A stretch of 40,732 nucleotides of DNA from an uncultured Anaerolineales bacterium (GCA_964452025.1 CAYVKR010000002.1:1-40732); one strand, 5' to 3'. Shown: positions 1 through 9,517, numbered from the stretch's first letter. The notes: generated from the letters alone by a model not told the origin. Translations and numbers: made by a program.

Positions 1-76
1 CGCATAGTCTACCAAATCCCCGCCTTTTTGTCAAGCCGGAACTTCGGGGCAGTTCATCCTCTCAGCGTGACCAACG

Positions 77-3000
77 TTACATCCCACCACGGATGTCGGC
101 GGACACGGGTAAATCCTCCAGGCTGAGCGATAGCACCTGGGAGACCCCATCGTCGCCCATGGAGACCCCGTAGATGGTATCCGCCACTTCAACGGTGCCC
201 CGGTTATGCGTGATGATGATAAACTGAGTCTGCTTACCCAACTCGCGCAGCATGGAGCGGAAGCGCCCCACGTTCGCCTCGTCCAACATGGCGTCGACCT
301 CGTCCAGGATACAAAAGGGCGTTGGACTGATGCGCAGCACCGCGAAGAGCAGCGCCACAGCCGTCAAGGAGCGCTCCCCGCCTGAGAGCATGCCCAGACC
401 GGAGGTGCGCTTGCCCGGCGGGCGCGCGGTGATCTCGACGCCAATAACGTCACTATCTTCGGTGATAGTGGATAGGCTTGCCTTGCCGCCATTGAAGAGC
501 ATCTTGAACATCTCCGTGAACTCGCCAGCGATGGCCTGGAACGTGGTCCGAAAGGCCGTCTCCATCATGTTATCCAGTTCGCCGATGACCTGCCGCAGAT
601 GTGCGGAGGCCGTCTCCAGATCAGCCGACTGCTCGCGGAGAAAACGATGACGCTCTGAAATCTCGTCGTATTCCTGTTTAGCGCCGGGATGAATTGGTTC
701 CAGGCGGCGGATCTGAGTCTGCAGATCTCGAATCTCCTTTTCCAGACCCTCCGGTAATTCGGTCACAGTGGGGAATGGCACCGAACTCGCACTTAACGGC
801 AGTGGCTGCTGCACAGGAAGGGATTCTGGCAGTTCGATGATGACGATGTCCAGCATGTCCTGGATCTCGTCACGTAACGCCTGCACTCTATCCTGACGTC
901 GGCTCAGCTCAATCTCGGCCTGCGACAGCCGCTGTTCCGTATCATGCAAGAGATTGCGCACTTGCTGCTCTTCGATTTCTTGCCGCTCCTGCTGCGCTTC
1001 CAACTCGGCAACGCGCGCTTCTAGCTCCGGTATCTGCGAGGAGATAAGTTCCGCTGCATCCTGCACGCGCTGATATCGGGAACGCAACTCTGCTATCTGC
1101 ACGCCGAGGTGCTCCAACTCCTCAGCCTGCGACGCCATGCGCGCCTCTTGTGCCGCGATGCGTTTCTGAAGCCGCCGGATCTCCTGCTGCCGGCTCTCCG
1201 AAAGCAGTTGCTGATTCTCGTACTCTTTGCGCAACAACGCCACACGCGTGCGTCGCTCGGAAACAATCTCACCCATGTCATCCTTTTCCAGGGCTTCAAG
1301 CGCCTGCTCGACCTCTGCGCGCGTCTCCTGGGCCTGCTTCAGGCGCGCCTGGATCTGGTGCAGTTCTTGCGCCAGCCGTTCGCCCGTCCTCTGTAAATCC
1401 TCCAGCTCCTCCTGAGTCTCATCTTTCACCTGACGTTGCCAATCCGTCTGCTGAATCAGTTTCTCCAGGTCATTGATGGCCTGCTCCAGCGTACGGTTTG
1501 CCCGTTGACGCTCACTCGCTTTGACGCGCTGACGCTCACGCAGCGTCTGGGCTGTCGTGTTCAGCTCCTGCCGATGCTGTTGCGCCTCTTCAACGCGCTG
1601 GCGCAAGGCCATGCCTTCCCGCCCTAGCGCCTCGACCTTCTCCGGCAGCTGACGTCGTTCGCGTTCACGCGCCAACAGATCACTGCCCCGGCCTTTCTGC
1701 CGTTTCCGTCCGCCGGTGACGGAGCCTCCAGAGCGCAGAATCTCGCCCTCCAGCGTGACAATCTGGCAGCCGCTGCGCATCCGGGCGTGCAGCACCTTGG
1801 CAGCGCTCAAGTTTTCTACGACGACCACGCGCCCCAGCAGGAGCTGTACCGCCGGTTCCAGCGCCGGGTCGTCGTAATCCACCAGATCAGCGGCGACGCC
1901 GATGACGCCATCGCCCTTCGGGAGCTGCAACGGGCGGGAAGGGCGCAGGTTGTCCAGCGGCAGAAAGGTCGCCCGTCCGGCCTGATGCTGTTTGAGCCAC
2001 TGAATCGCCGCACGGGCATCGTCCCAGCGCCGGGCGACGACGTTCTGCACCTTGCCCCCCAGCGCCGTCTCCATGGCACGATCGAGCTCGGGCGGAACGC
2101 GGATGAGCGAGGCGAAGGTGCCCGGCAGCCCTTGTAGCTCTTCGCGCTCCGCTGCCTGTAGCACGGCTCGGACGCCGGCATAGAGGCCTGCGCCTTCCGC
2201 GTGCAAGCGCTCCAGGGCCTCCAGACGCGCCGAGAGCTGTTGATAGACCGAGCGCTTGTCCGCTAACGCCTCGCGCAGCTGTTCCAGCCTCTCGGTGGCC
2301 TTGTCTTGCTGCGCTTGGATGTCCAGCGCCTGGGATTCCAGCGACTTCAGATCGGCTTCGACCTGCTCCAGCGCCCGCCGCGCCGTTTCAACCGTCGCCT
2401 GCTGGGCATGCCGCCGCTCGGTGGCCTGACCGAGTTTCGTTTCGGCTTCCTTGATCCGCACTTTAAGACGTTGCTTGCGCGCGTCCAACTGTTCCAGACG
2501 GCTCTGCCGGTCGGCCAGCTGATGGCGGCTCTCCAACGCGCGGGATTCGACCGCACTCTGCTGTTTCAACAGCGTCCGGCGCTTTTCCTCGACCGTATTG
2601 TACTCTGCTTCGACCGCCGCGAGCTTCGTCTGACTCTCCTCCAGTCGCGTCTTGGCATGCTTCACCTCGGCCTGTAGCGCCTCTAAGTTGTCCTGTTCCG
2701 CCTGGAGCGTGCTGCGCAGCGGCACAAGGTTGGCGCGACTCTCCTCCTGACGCTCTTCCAGCGACCGGCGGCGCTCGCGGGCGACGGCTAGCTCACGCTG
2801 GGCCGCCTCGGCCTCGGCGTGACGCGCGCTGCTTTCGCGATGCGCCGTCGCCAGGCGTTGACGCGTCTCAGCGAGGGTTCGACGCAGTTCCTGGATGCGC
2901 GCCTCAATCCCGTCCAACCGCTCCTGCTGCTGCTGGGTCTTCTGCTGCCGGTAGAGGACGCGCTGCCGCGCCGTCTCCAATTTATCCAACGCACGGTCCC

Positions 3001-3703
3001 AGCGGTAACCGTACCAGATGCGCTGACGCCCCCGCAGCGCCTCGGAGAGCTGCGCGTGTTGATCGGCCCGCTCGACCTGGCGCTCCAAGCGGCGCAGGCG
3101 CGGCTCGATCTCGCCGATGATGTCGCGCACGCGCTCTAGATTGCGCCGCGTCTTCTCCAACCGGCCCAGGGACTCCTCACGGCGGTTGCGATAGGGTGCG
3201 ATACCGGCGGCCTGCTCAAAAAGCGCCAGGCGTTCAGAGGCGCGCAGGGAGAGCACCTGGTCGACGAGGCCCTGCCCAATGGTAAGATACGCATCCCGGC
3301 CCAGGCCGGCGCGGTCGAGGATGTCGCGCAGATCCATGAGACGGACTTTGCTGCCGTTGAGGATGTAGTCGCTCCGCCCATCGCGCGAGTAGCGGCGCCC
3401 CACGGTAACCTCGGCGAAGTCCAGAGGCAACCATTCGTCAGTGTTATCAAACGTCAGGGTAACGCGGGCCAGCCCAGCGCGCGCTCGTTCCGCGCTGCCG
3501 GCGAAGATCATATCCTCGTTGGTGCTGCCGCGCAGCGTCGTCATGCGCTGCTCGCCCAGGACCCAGCGGATGGCATCGGCAACGTTGCTTTTGCCGCTGC
3601 CGTTGGGCCCGACGACGGCGGTGATGCCCGTCGGGAAGACCAACTCCAGCGGATCGGCGAAGGATTTGAACCCTTGTAGTCTGAGTTTCTTGAGTTTGGG
3701 CAT
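77..3703 (-). CDS. smc: Chromosome partition protein SMC (about 1208 aa)
   Basis: ORF 77..3793. It has Walker A GPNGSGKS, two very long Glu/Arg/Leu/Gln-rich coiled-coil arms around a hinge, the C-terminal LSGGE signature and Walker B ILDEVD. I trimmed the start to the ATG at 3703 (MPKLKKLRLQGFKSF) because GGAGG (complement of 3708-3712) lies 4 nt upstream. The 30 extra upstream codons are not SMC-like. Confidence 0.93.
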   Translation of the reverse strand: MPKLKKLRLQGFKSFADPLELVFPTGITAVVGPNGSGKSNVADAIRWVLGEQRMTTLRGSTNEDMIFAGSAERARAGLARVTLTFDNTDEWLPLDFAEVTVGRRYSRDGRSDYILNGSKVRLMDLRDILDRAGLGRDAYLTIGQGLVDQVLSLRASERLALFEQAAGIAPYRNRREESLGRLEKTRRNLERVRDIIGEIEPRLRRLERQVERADQHAQLSEALRGRQRIWYGYRWDRALDKLETARQRVLYRQQKTQQQQERLDGIEARIQELRRTLAETRQRLATAHRESSARHAEAEAAQRELAVARERRRSLEERQEESRANLVPLRSTLQAEQDNLEALQAEVKHAKTRLEESQTKLAAVEAEYNTVEEKRRTLLKQQSAVESRALESRHQLADRQSRLEQLDARKQRLKVRIKEAETKLGQATERRHAQQATVETARRALEQVEADLKSLESQALDIQAQQDKATERLEQLREALADKRSVYQQLSARLEALERLHAEGAGLYAGVRAVLQAAEREELQGLPGTFASLIRVPPELDRAMETALGGKVQNVVARRWDDARAAIQWLKQHQAGRATFLPLDNLRPSRPLQLPKGDGVIGVAADLVDYDDPALEPAVQLLLGRVVVVENLSAAKVLHARMRSGCQIVTLEGEILRSGGSVTGGRKRQKGRGSDLLARERERRQLPEKVEALGREGMALRQRVEEAQQHRQELNTTAQTLRERQRVKASERQRANRTLEQAINDLEKLIQQTDWQRQVKDETQEELEDLQRTGERLAQELHQIQARLKQAQETRAEVEQALEALEKDDMGEIVSERRTRVALLRKEYENQQLLSESRQQEIRRLQKRIAAQEARMASQAEELEHLGVQIAELRSRYQRVQDAAELISSQIPELEARVAELEAQQERQEIEEQQVRNLLHDTEQRLSQAEIELSRRQDRVQALRDEIQDMLDIVIIELPESLPVQQPLPLSASSVPFPTVTELPEGLEKEIRDLQTQIRRLEPIHPGAKQEYDEISERHRFLREQSADLETASAHLRQVIGELDNMMETAFRTTFQAIAGEFTEMFKMLFNGGKASLSTITEDSDVIGVEITARPPGKRTSGLGMLSGGERSLTAVALLFAVLRISPTPFCILDEVDAMLDEANVGRFRSMLRELGKQTQFIIITHNRGTVEVADTIYGVSMGDDGVSQVLSLSLEDLPVSADIRGGM

Positions 3704-3739
3704 GCAGCCTCCTGAAGCGCGCACCATGAGCAAATCCCA

Positions 3740-3748
3740 ATTATAACA
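3740..3748 (-). promoter_or_regulatory. Extended -10 element TGTTATAAT upstream of smc
   Basis: The reverse complement of 3740-3748 reads TGTTATAAT, 37 nt upstream of the smc ATG. There is no convincing -35, which is acceptable for TG-extended -10 promoters. The same 9-mer recurs upstream of other operons here. Confidence 0.5.
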
Positions 3749-3826
3749 CGTCTGGGCTAAGGGGCAGAAAAAAGAAGAGGCAATGCATCCCACGTCTGAG
3801 TGGCAACGCGGATTTCGTCTTCGCTC

Positions 3827-4738
3827 TCAGTCGAGTGCGGCAGCCTTCTCCCACACCGGCACGAACATCATCCACTGCTCCGGATGCCCGGCGATGAAGG
3901 TCTCAAACTCGGCCAGGACACGCCGCACGTTGACGCGCACGTCCTCCTGCTGATCGCCGGTGCGGACCATCTCCATGGGGGGATTGACACACACGTGATA
4001 TGCGCCATCCTCGTAGGCCGCGCCCGCCGTGACCACCAGGCAGTCGGTGCGCAGGGGGATGCGGATGTAGCCGGTGGGCAGATACGCGGTGGCGCCAAAG
4101 AACTCAATCGGCTGATCACGCTCACCGGTGGGACGGTCTACGCCGGTGAGCACGACGCCGCCCTCGTGCAGTCGTCGCAGCGCGACGCGCAGCGATGTCG
4201 GCGAGATGGGGGTGACCTGAGCGCCAGCCCGTCGCCGCAGGTCGTTGAAGAGCACAAAACCTGGTGTGGGATTGGCGAGGGAGAGCACCTGAATGGGGAC
4301 ATCCAGAGCCTGACAAAGCGCGATGCCGGCGAAATCAAAGTTCGAGACATGACAGCCCAGGATGAAGACGCCTCGGCCCGCAGCCACCGCGCGCTGAAGG
4401 TGAGCGCGCGACTCAGGGAGCAGATGCACCGGCGGATCGAAGGCCTGGACGCGCGTCCGCCCCCGGCCTACATTGTAAAAAAGCTCGTAGTAAGCGCGCG
4501 CGGCGCCAAAGAAGACGCGATAGACATTTCGCCGGATCTCCGCTGGCAAGGCGTCGGCGCCCAATACGTGGCGCTGGTTATCGTAAACAGCATGGTAAAC
4601 GTCGGGCTTGAGGGTGACGAGCGTACGGGCCGCGAGCCAGGCGATCAGCCGCCCACCGCAGGGCGGCGAATACTTACCCAAGTAAAAGGCCAACCTTGTC
4701 GGCCAGCCCTGGGAGAAGAAACGCTTGGCGCTCACCAC
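3827..4738 (-). CDS. Lysophospholipid/lipid A-type acyltransferase (HtrB/MsbB, PIM-acyltransferase-like LPLAT family)
   Basis: 303 aa with an HX4D acyltransferase motif in GCHVSNFDFAG. The start codon is 1 nt after the stop of the upstream transferase gene, so an operon is likely. Confidence 0.75.
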   Translation of the reverse strand: MVSAKRFFSQGWPTRLAFYLGKYSPPCGGRLIAWLAARTLVTLKPDVYHAVYDNQRHVLGADALPAEIRRNVYRVFFGAARAYYELFYNVGRGRTRVQAFDPPVHLLPESRAHLQRAVAAGRGVFILGCHVSNFDFAGIALCQALDVPIQVLSLANPTPGFVLFNDLRRRAGAQVTPISPTSLRVALRRLHEGGVVLTGVDRPTGERDQPIEFFGATAYLPTGYIRIPLRTDCLVVTAGAAYEDGAYHVCVNPPMEMVRTGDQQEDVRVNVRRVLAEFETFIAGHPEQWMMFVPVWEKAAALD

Positions 4739-4739
4739 A

Positions 4740-5336
4740 CTACTCCTGATCTTGCAACACCTGTGGACCCTCGATCAAAACCGGCACGCCGCGCACCATG
4801 CAGAAGCCCAATGCGATCCAGGTCATCCATAATGCGGCCGTATGCACAGAATCGTAAAGCGTGTGACCGGCGGCCTCCAGGCCATACACCGCAGCCAGCA
4901 GGGTAAAGGCCACGGCTTTGACGAGGGCATAGGGCGCACGCAGCCACGGCGAGCCGACGAGGAAGCGCCCCACGTCCGTGCGCATCAACTCAAAGGGCTT
5001 GAGCCCCTGCGCCGGCGCCACGGAGCGAATCGCGTCCACAAACGTGCCCCGCAACAGGACGAGCACAGGGATGAGCACTGGAATCAGCCGTAGATGGGCG
5101 AAGACGGCCCAGAGCACGTACTCTACGGCCCGGTCGGCAGCGATATCAAGCACGCTGCCCACAATGTTCTCTTCCTTACGGGCGCGCGCCAACAGACCGT
5201 CCAAAGTGTCCATGAGAATCAAGATCACGATCAGGGGCGCCGCGATCAGCCGGGCCGTGGCAGAGGACGAGTACAACAAGAGGACGATAAGGCCCAGCAG
5301 TGGAATCCGCGCCAACGTCACCAGATTCGCGAGCAT
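4740..5336 (-). CDS. CDP-alcohol phosphatidyltransferase family protein
   Basis: It carries a perfect D-x2-DG-x2-AR-x8-G-x3-D-x3-D motif (DTLDGLLARARKEENIVGSVLDIAADR) and a multi-TM hydrophobic profile. I trimmed the start to the ATG at 5336 (MLANLVTLARIP), which overlaps the upstream stop as TGATG (5334-5338). The 36 upstream codons of ORF 4740..5444 are Arg/Gly/Ala-rich and look like non-coding read-through. Confidence 0.85.
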   Translation of the reverse strand: MLANLVTLARIPLLGLIVLLLYSSSATARLIAAPLIVILILMDTLDGLLARARKEENIVGSVLDIAADRAVEYVLWAVFAHLRLIPVLIPVLVLLRGTFVDAIRSVAPAQGLKPFELMRTDVGRFLVGSPWLRAPYALVKAVAFTLLAAVYGLEAAGHTLYDSVHTAALWMTWIALGFCMVRGVPVLIEGPQVLQDQE

Positions 5337-6019
5337 CAGACCTCCGTGTTGAGCGGAAAGAGACCCGCATTCCAAAGGCGCCGGAGTCCGCGCAAGGCCA
5401 GCACCGGACGGACGTAGGCTTTGGGCGGCACCTCGTCGGCCCACTGGACATCAGCCCAGGATTGAGCCAATAATTTGATCATCAGCCAGCGCTCCTGGGC
5501 CAGGAAGGCGCCCAGTGCGTCACGCTCCACCCGGACGATGCCCACCGTGCGCAAGGGACGCGGCGACTCGTGCAGATGGACGAAATAGCTGGCCTGCGCC
5601 AGCGCGTCCGGCGTGTTGGCCCCTCCTAAACGCGGCGGCGTGAGGATCAGCAGGTGCGGCGTCGGCGGCGCCATCCAATCGCCGCCGCGCAAGACAGCGG
5701 AGCGGTCGCCTTCCAGCAGATAGGTCTGGTTACCGGGCAGAAATATCGGTTCCACACGCCATTGCTCGCGGACGTGGGCCAACAGCGCGTCGAGCGGCGC
5801 CGACGGCTCTCTCAGGCGGATTTTCGCGCCGCCCACGCCGATGGTCGGCGACTCGCTCTCCGCTTCCACCCAGTAACGAGGACGGCTCAGTTCGAAGAAA
5901 TAGGCATCGTCATCGTAGGCGATAGCGGAGAGGGAGAGCAGGCGCAACGACCGCCCCGCAAGCGCAGGGTCGGCCTGTTGGCGCAATGACGGAAAGACTT
6001 CAAAGAGATCCAAAGGCAT
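5336..6019 (-). CDS. Hypothetical protein, first gene of the lipid operon
   Basis: 227-aa ORF with coding-like composition and no motif I can recognise. Its stop overlaps the next start. GGGAGG abuts the ATG at 6019 with 0-nt spacing, so the TTG two codons downstream (6011-6013) may be the real start. Confidence 0.55.
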   Translation of the reverse strand: MPLDLFEVFPSLRQQADPALAGRSLRLLSLSAIAYDDDAYFFELSRPRYWVEAESESPTIGVGGAKIRLREPSAPLDALLAHVREQWRVEPIFLPGNQTYLLEGDRSAVLRGGDWMAPPTPHLLILTPPRLGGANTPDALAQASYFVHLHESPRPLRTVGIVRVERDALGAFLAQERWLMIKLLAQSWADVQWADEVPPKAYVRPVLALRGLRRLWNAGLFPLNTEV

Positions 6020-6050
6020 CCTCCCAGTGATGATTTATGCAAGATCAAAT

Positions 6051-6079
6051 CTTCCGGGATGCTTTGAGCATCCCGGAAG
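6051..6079 (-). terminator. Hairpin after the GT-C/NHL gene (candidate intrinsic terminator)
   Basis: A perfect 12-bp stem, CTTCCGGGATGC / GCATCCCGGAAG with loop TTTGA, lies 17 nt after the stop at 6097. On the minus strand it is followed by ATTTGATCTTGC, which is moderately U-rich. Confidence 0.5.
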
Positions 6080-6096
6080 GTTTTCGCGACCCTTTT

Positions 6097-9000
6097 TCAT
6101 GGCAACGGGAAGCTGACGATGCGGCTCTGGTAGGCGTCGGCTGCGTAGAGATGACCGTCGCCTACCGCCACGCCGACCGGGAACTGTAGGCCTTCCAGGC
6201 TCTGCTGGAAGACGCCGCCGCTGTCAAAGACCAGGACGCGGCCCTGCGTGGAATCACTCACGTAGACCTGACCGGCGTCGTCCACAGCGACGAAGGGCTT
6301 TAGATCGGGGTTGGCGACATCCCAGACCGGCACGCTCCATTGGCGGATGAAATCGCCGTCGGGCGCGAAGACCTGCACGCGCAGATTCCAGGTGTCGGCC
6401 ACGAAGACCTCGCCCCCGTCAGCGCTGATGGCAATGCCCACCGGCTCGTCGAGCCGTCCCGGACCGGCGCCGGCCCCACCGAACTCCCAGAGGAAGTCGC
6501 CCTGGCGGTTAAAGACCTGCACCCGTTTGTTGCCGGTATCGGTGACGTAGAGTTGTCCATCGGCGCCCATGGCGATGCCGCGCGGCCCGTAGAAGGCCCC
6601 GTGTCCGTTGGGGTCGCCGACGGGATACTCGCCCCGGCTGCCCCAGCTGAGCAAGAACTCACCCTCTGCGCTGAACTTCTGGATGCGATGGTTCCACGTG
6701 TCGGCCACGTAGACGTCGCCAGATGAATCCACCGCCACGTCCCAGGGCTCCTGGAACTGCCCATCGCCCGTTCCCTGCTCGCCCCAGACGTGGAGCACCT
6801 CGTTTTCGCGGTTCAGGTGCCAGATGCGATGCTGGGCGGTGTCGGCAACGTAGAGCGTGCCGTCGGGCGCCACGGTCACCCCGCGTGGGAGCGCGCCCGT
6901 CAACGGAAGAGTCGCGTCGGGCGCGAGGTCACTCTCCCCTCCGGCGAAAGGATCGGGCACCTCCGTGGCCGCCGGCTCGACTTGCTGCATCCCTTCCGGC
7001 CCCAGCCGGTAGCTCCAGACCTCCTCGGCGAGATCCTTGCGCACGTAGAGCCGGAACTCGCTCCGATGCGGCCATGTCTGGAGCGTGAGCTCGGTCTCCG
7101 GCGCGTCCGGGTTTGTCTGGCGCGCCAGAGCCGTCTTCGCCTCCGCGTAGGCCTGATAATCGCGGTTCCAGATAATCTGCCAGAGGCCCACCCGCATGCC
7201 AGGATCGGCGAGCACGGTGCGTATGCGCTCCCAGGTCAGGCCAAAGTAGTCCTGCATAGGCCACCAGAGGAACTTATAGTCGAAGTGCATGTAGGCGTCA
7301 CCCAAGATCGGCTCCACCTCGCCCCACTGCTCGGAGCCGGCGATGACCACAGGCGACTCCAGCAGCTTCTCCGCGTCGGGCGACGAGCCATAGAAGTGGG
7401 CGTTGGGATAGTTGACAAAGTACCAGGTGAAAGGCCAGGAGCCGTGCTCACCGTAGGCCACCTGGACGTCGCGCGGCGCGCCGGTGACGCGCCAGGAGAC
7501 GTCGCGGATCTGCTCCAACGCCACCTTGACGTCAGGCGCCGAGTGCGCGTAGACGAGGAACTCCGTTGCCAGATCGTAGTTGATGTAGTTGAGCATCACC
7601 ATGGTCCGGGTGGTGATAAGTGCGAGCACCACCGCCAGCAGGCAGATGCCCAAGCGCATCGCCTGTCCCAACCGCAGGTGGCCCAGCGTCCAGATGAGCG
7701 CGCCGCCCGAGATGCCCAGCCCCATCAGCCCGCCGATGAGACGCCCAATGGCGAGGAGGCGCGCCAGCGACGGCCCCGCTTCTGAAGCGACGCTCTCCAC
7801 GGGACGCAGACCGTCCAACGAGCCCCCTAGAATCACCAGGCTGACCACCGTCAGCGGCAGGGCGATCAGGAAGACCCAGCCGGCGGCGTGCTTCAGGGGT
7901 CGCCCCTTGAGCGTCTCGATGATCCGCCCCAGACCCCAGGCCGCCAGGAAGATACTGGGCAGGACGATGTGCACCACCAGCCACGGCATCTTCTCACCCG
8001 CCAGGGTATAGCCGATCCACGAGAGCACCGTCCAGCCCAGCAGGAAGAGCGGGAAGAAGCGCTGCACGTCCAGGAGGTGATCCATGAAATCGCGCACCAG
8101 CCGCTGCACGGACGAGTCTACCGACTCAGTCTCAGCCCCTTCGGCGCGCGGGCCAAAGAAATAGACCACCGCGCCGATCCCTCCGGCGGCGGAGAAGAGC
8201 AGCGGCAGGAATTCGTAGAGCGGCATGAGAAGCGCGTAGTAATAGTCGGGCTGACCGCCGCGTTCCACGCCCTGCTGCGCCAGCCAGTACGCCAGCCCGC
8301 CCACCAGGCCCATGATCACGCCTAAGGCGTTGGTGAAGACCGTGCTGTAAAAGACAATGAAGATCCCGTAGTGGAGGGCCGCGATGATGGGCCAGCGGCG
8401 CTGGTCCCACCAGAGCCCCAGCAGCGTGGAGCCGAGCAGGACGATGAGCAAAATGACCGCGGCTATCCAGAGATCTGGGCCGAAGAGATTGGTGATGTCG
8501 GCGCTCATCAGCGCGTTATAGAGCGCCAGCATGTCCACGCCTGCCAGGTAGATGATGAGCGCCGCACCCAGAGGGAGGGTCAACGTCCCCAACGTCATGA
8601 GCAGATCGAAGAGGGGCATCTCCCGTAAGGCCAGCTCGCCCACCCCCACGTAGACCAGTCCGATGACAGCGATCAGCACTCCCACCGCCAGAATGATGAC
8701 CAAATATCCCCACACCGGCAACCTGGGCAACGCCACTCTGGTATTCCCCTCTTCGTCCAACGACTTCTCTTCCATCTCCGCCCCCCGCAGGGCGAAGCCG
8801 AAGAGAAGCGTGAGCACCAGTAACACCGCCAGCGCCGCCATGAACCAGCCAAAGAGCGTCGGGCGGCCCCAGCGCCGGGTCAGCACCTGCAGCGCGAAGG
8901 GCACGAAGAGCAGCCCAAAAAAGATAGCGGTGTAGATGTAGGCCGTCTCTTTGGTGGTATAGAGCAGCGCAAAGGCTGCCGCCAGCCCGTAGAGCCAGCG

Positions 9001-9468
9001 CGACTCCCGACGCTCCAGATACTGGAAGACCGTCCAGAGCACGAAGACGGCTGCCAGCATGTTGTAGATGTCGTGCCGGATGTAGCGAGAGTAGTAGGAA
9101 ATGGCCGGGGAGAGCAACAGCATGAGAGAGGCCGCCACCGTGCCGCCGGGTTTCAACCAGCGGCGGAAAAGCCACGGGGTCAGCACCAGCGCCACGCCAG
9201 CCAGCGCCGGGACCACACGCGAGGCAAAGTCGTTGACGCCCAGCAGGAAATAGGCCAGCGCGTTGAGGTGAAAGAGCAGCGGGCCGTGCATCATCGGATT
9301 GGCAGCGTAGCCCTGCCCGTCGTAGAGCTGCCAGGAGAATTTGGTATGCAAACTCTCATCGTGGCTCATCACGCGCGCGCCCAGGATATAGAAGCGCGCG
9401 AAGACGGCAAGGACAAGGATAGCTATAACGACGATCTTTTCCCATCTCTGCAATTTATTCCACCCCAT
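6097..9468 (-). CDS. Polytopic GT-C-like (ArnT/PMT_2, TIGR03663-like) membrane protein fused to a C-terminal six-bladed NHL repeat beta-propeller
   Basis: 1123 aa. The N-terminal ~700 aa are strongly hydrophobic. The opening block (RFYILGARVMSHDESLHTKFSW...MMHGPLLFHLNA...DFASRVVPALAG) resembles, from my memory, PMT_2-type glycosyltransferases. The C-terminus has six NHL-like units: YVADTAQHRIWHL, YVADTWNHRIQKF, YVTDTGNKRVQVF, FVADTWNLRVQVF, YVSDSTQGRVLVF and YAADAYQSRIVSF. GAGGAG lies upstream of the ATG at 9468. Confidence 0.75.
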   Translation of the reverse strand: MGWNKLQRWEKIVVIAILVLAVFARFYILGARVMSHDESLHTKFSWQLYDGQGYAANPMMHGPLLFHLNALAYFLLGVNDFASRVVPALAGVALVLTPWLFRRWLKPGGTVAASLMLLLSPAISYYSRYIRHDIYNMLAAVFVLWTVFQYLERRESRWLYGLAAAFALLYTTKETAYIYTAIFFGLLFVPFALQVLTRRWGRPTLFGWFMAALAVLLVLTLLFGFALRGAEMEEKSLDEEGNTRVALPRLPVWGYLVIILAVGVLIAVIGLVYVGVGELALREMPLFDLLMTLGTLTLPLGAALIIYLAGVDMLALYNALMSADITNLFGPDLWIAAVILLIVLLGSTLLGLWWDQRRWPIIAALHYGIFIVFYSTVFTNALGVIMGLVGGLAYWLAQQGVERGGQPDYYYALLMPLYEFLPLLFSAAGGIGAVVYFFGPRAEGAETESVDSSVQRLVRDFMDHLLDVQRFFPLFLLGWTVLSWIGYTLAGEKMPWLVVHIVLPSIFLAAWGLGRIIETLKGRPLKHAAGWVFLIALPLTVVSLVILGGSLDGLRPVESVASEAGPSLARLLAIGRLIGGLMGLGISGGALIWTLGHLRLGQAMRLGICLLAVVLALITTRTMVMLNYINYDLATEFLVYAHSAPDVKVALEQIRDVSWRVTGAPRDVQVAYGEHGSWPFTWYFVNYPNAHFYGSSPDAEKLLESPVVIAGSEQWGEVEPILGDAYMHFDYKFLWWPMQDYFGLTWERIRTVLADPGMRVGLWQIIWNRDYQAYAEAKTALARQTNPDAPETELTLQTWPHRSEFRLYVRKDLAEEVWSYRLGPEGMQQVEPAATEVPDPFAGGESDLAPDATLPLTGALPRGVTVAPDGTLYVADTAQHRIWHLNRENEVLHVWGEQGTGDGQFQEPWDVAVDSSGDVYVADTWNHRIQKFSAEGEFLLSWGSRGEYPVGDPNGHGAFYGPRGIAMGADGQLYVTDTGNKRVQVFNRQGDFLWEFGGAGAGPGRLDEPVGIAISADGGEVFVADTWNLRVQVFAPDGDFIRQWSVPVWDVANPDLKPFVAVDDAGQVYVSDSTQGRVLVFDSGGVFQQSLEGLQFPVGVAVGDGHLYAADAYQSRIVSFPLP

Positions 9469-9517
9469 GCATCACTCCTCATGATCCGGTGTTGGTTGCC
9501 CCCCTTTTTCAGGACAG

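Noticed and set aside
3704-3793. N-terminal extensions in the ORF track for smc, the phosphatidyltransferase (to 5444), the polyprenyl synthase (from 16336), pfp (to 19798), ribF (to 24328), truB (to 25275), rbfA (to 26633) and nusA (to 31375).
   Set aside because: In each case an internal start codon with a proper SD or translational coupling gives the family-typical N-terminus. The extension is compositionally non-coding or overlaps the upstream gene.
3800-4906. 368-aa + strand ORF, together with similar long ORFs at 9732..10898, 15000..15842, 16309..17043, 18470..19315, 19973..20578, 37413..38084 and 38514..39311.
   Set aside because: Each lies antisense to, or out of frame with, a gene that has strong family motifs. 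They are Arg/Gly/Ala/Pro-rich with no motifs and no ribosome-binding sites. They are typical shadow ORFs of high-GC DNA.
5336-6019. VHLHES in the 227-aa hypothetical protein as a HIT-family histidine triad, by analogy with the HIT-like gene next to mycobacterial pgsA1.
   Set aside because: Only two histidines are present, not HxHxHxx, and the surrounding sequence has no other HIT or GalT landmarks. This is too weak to call.
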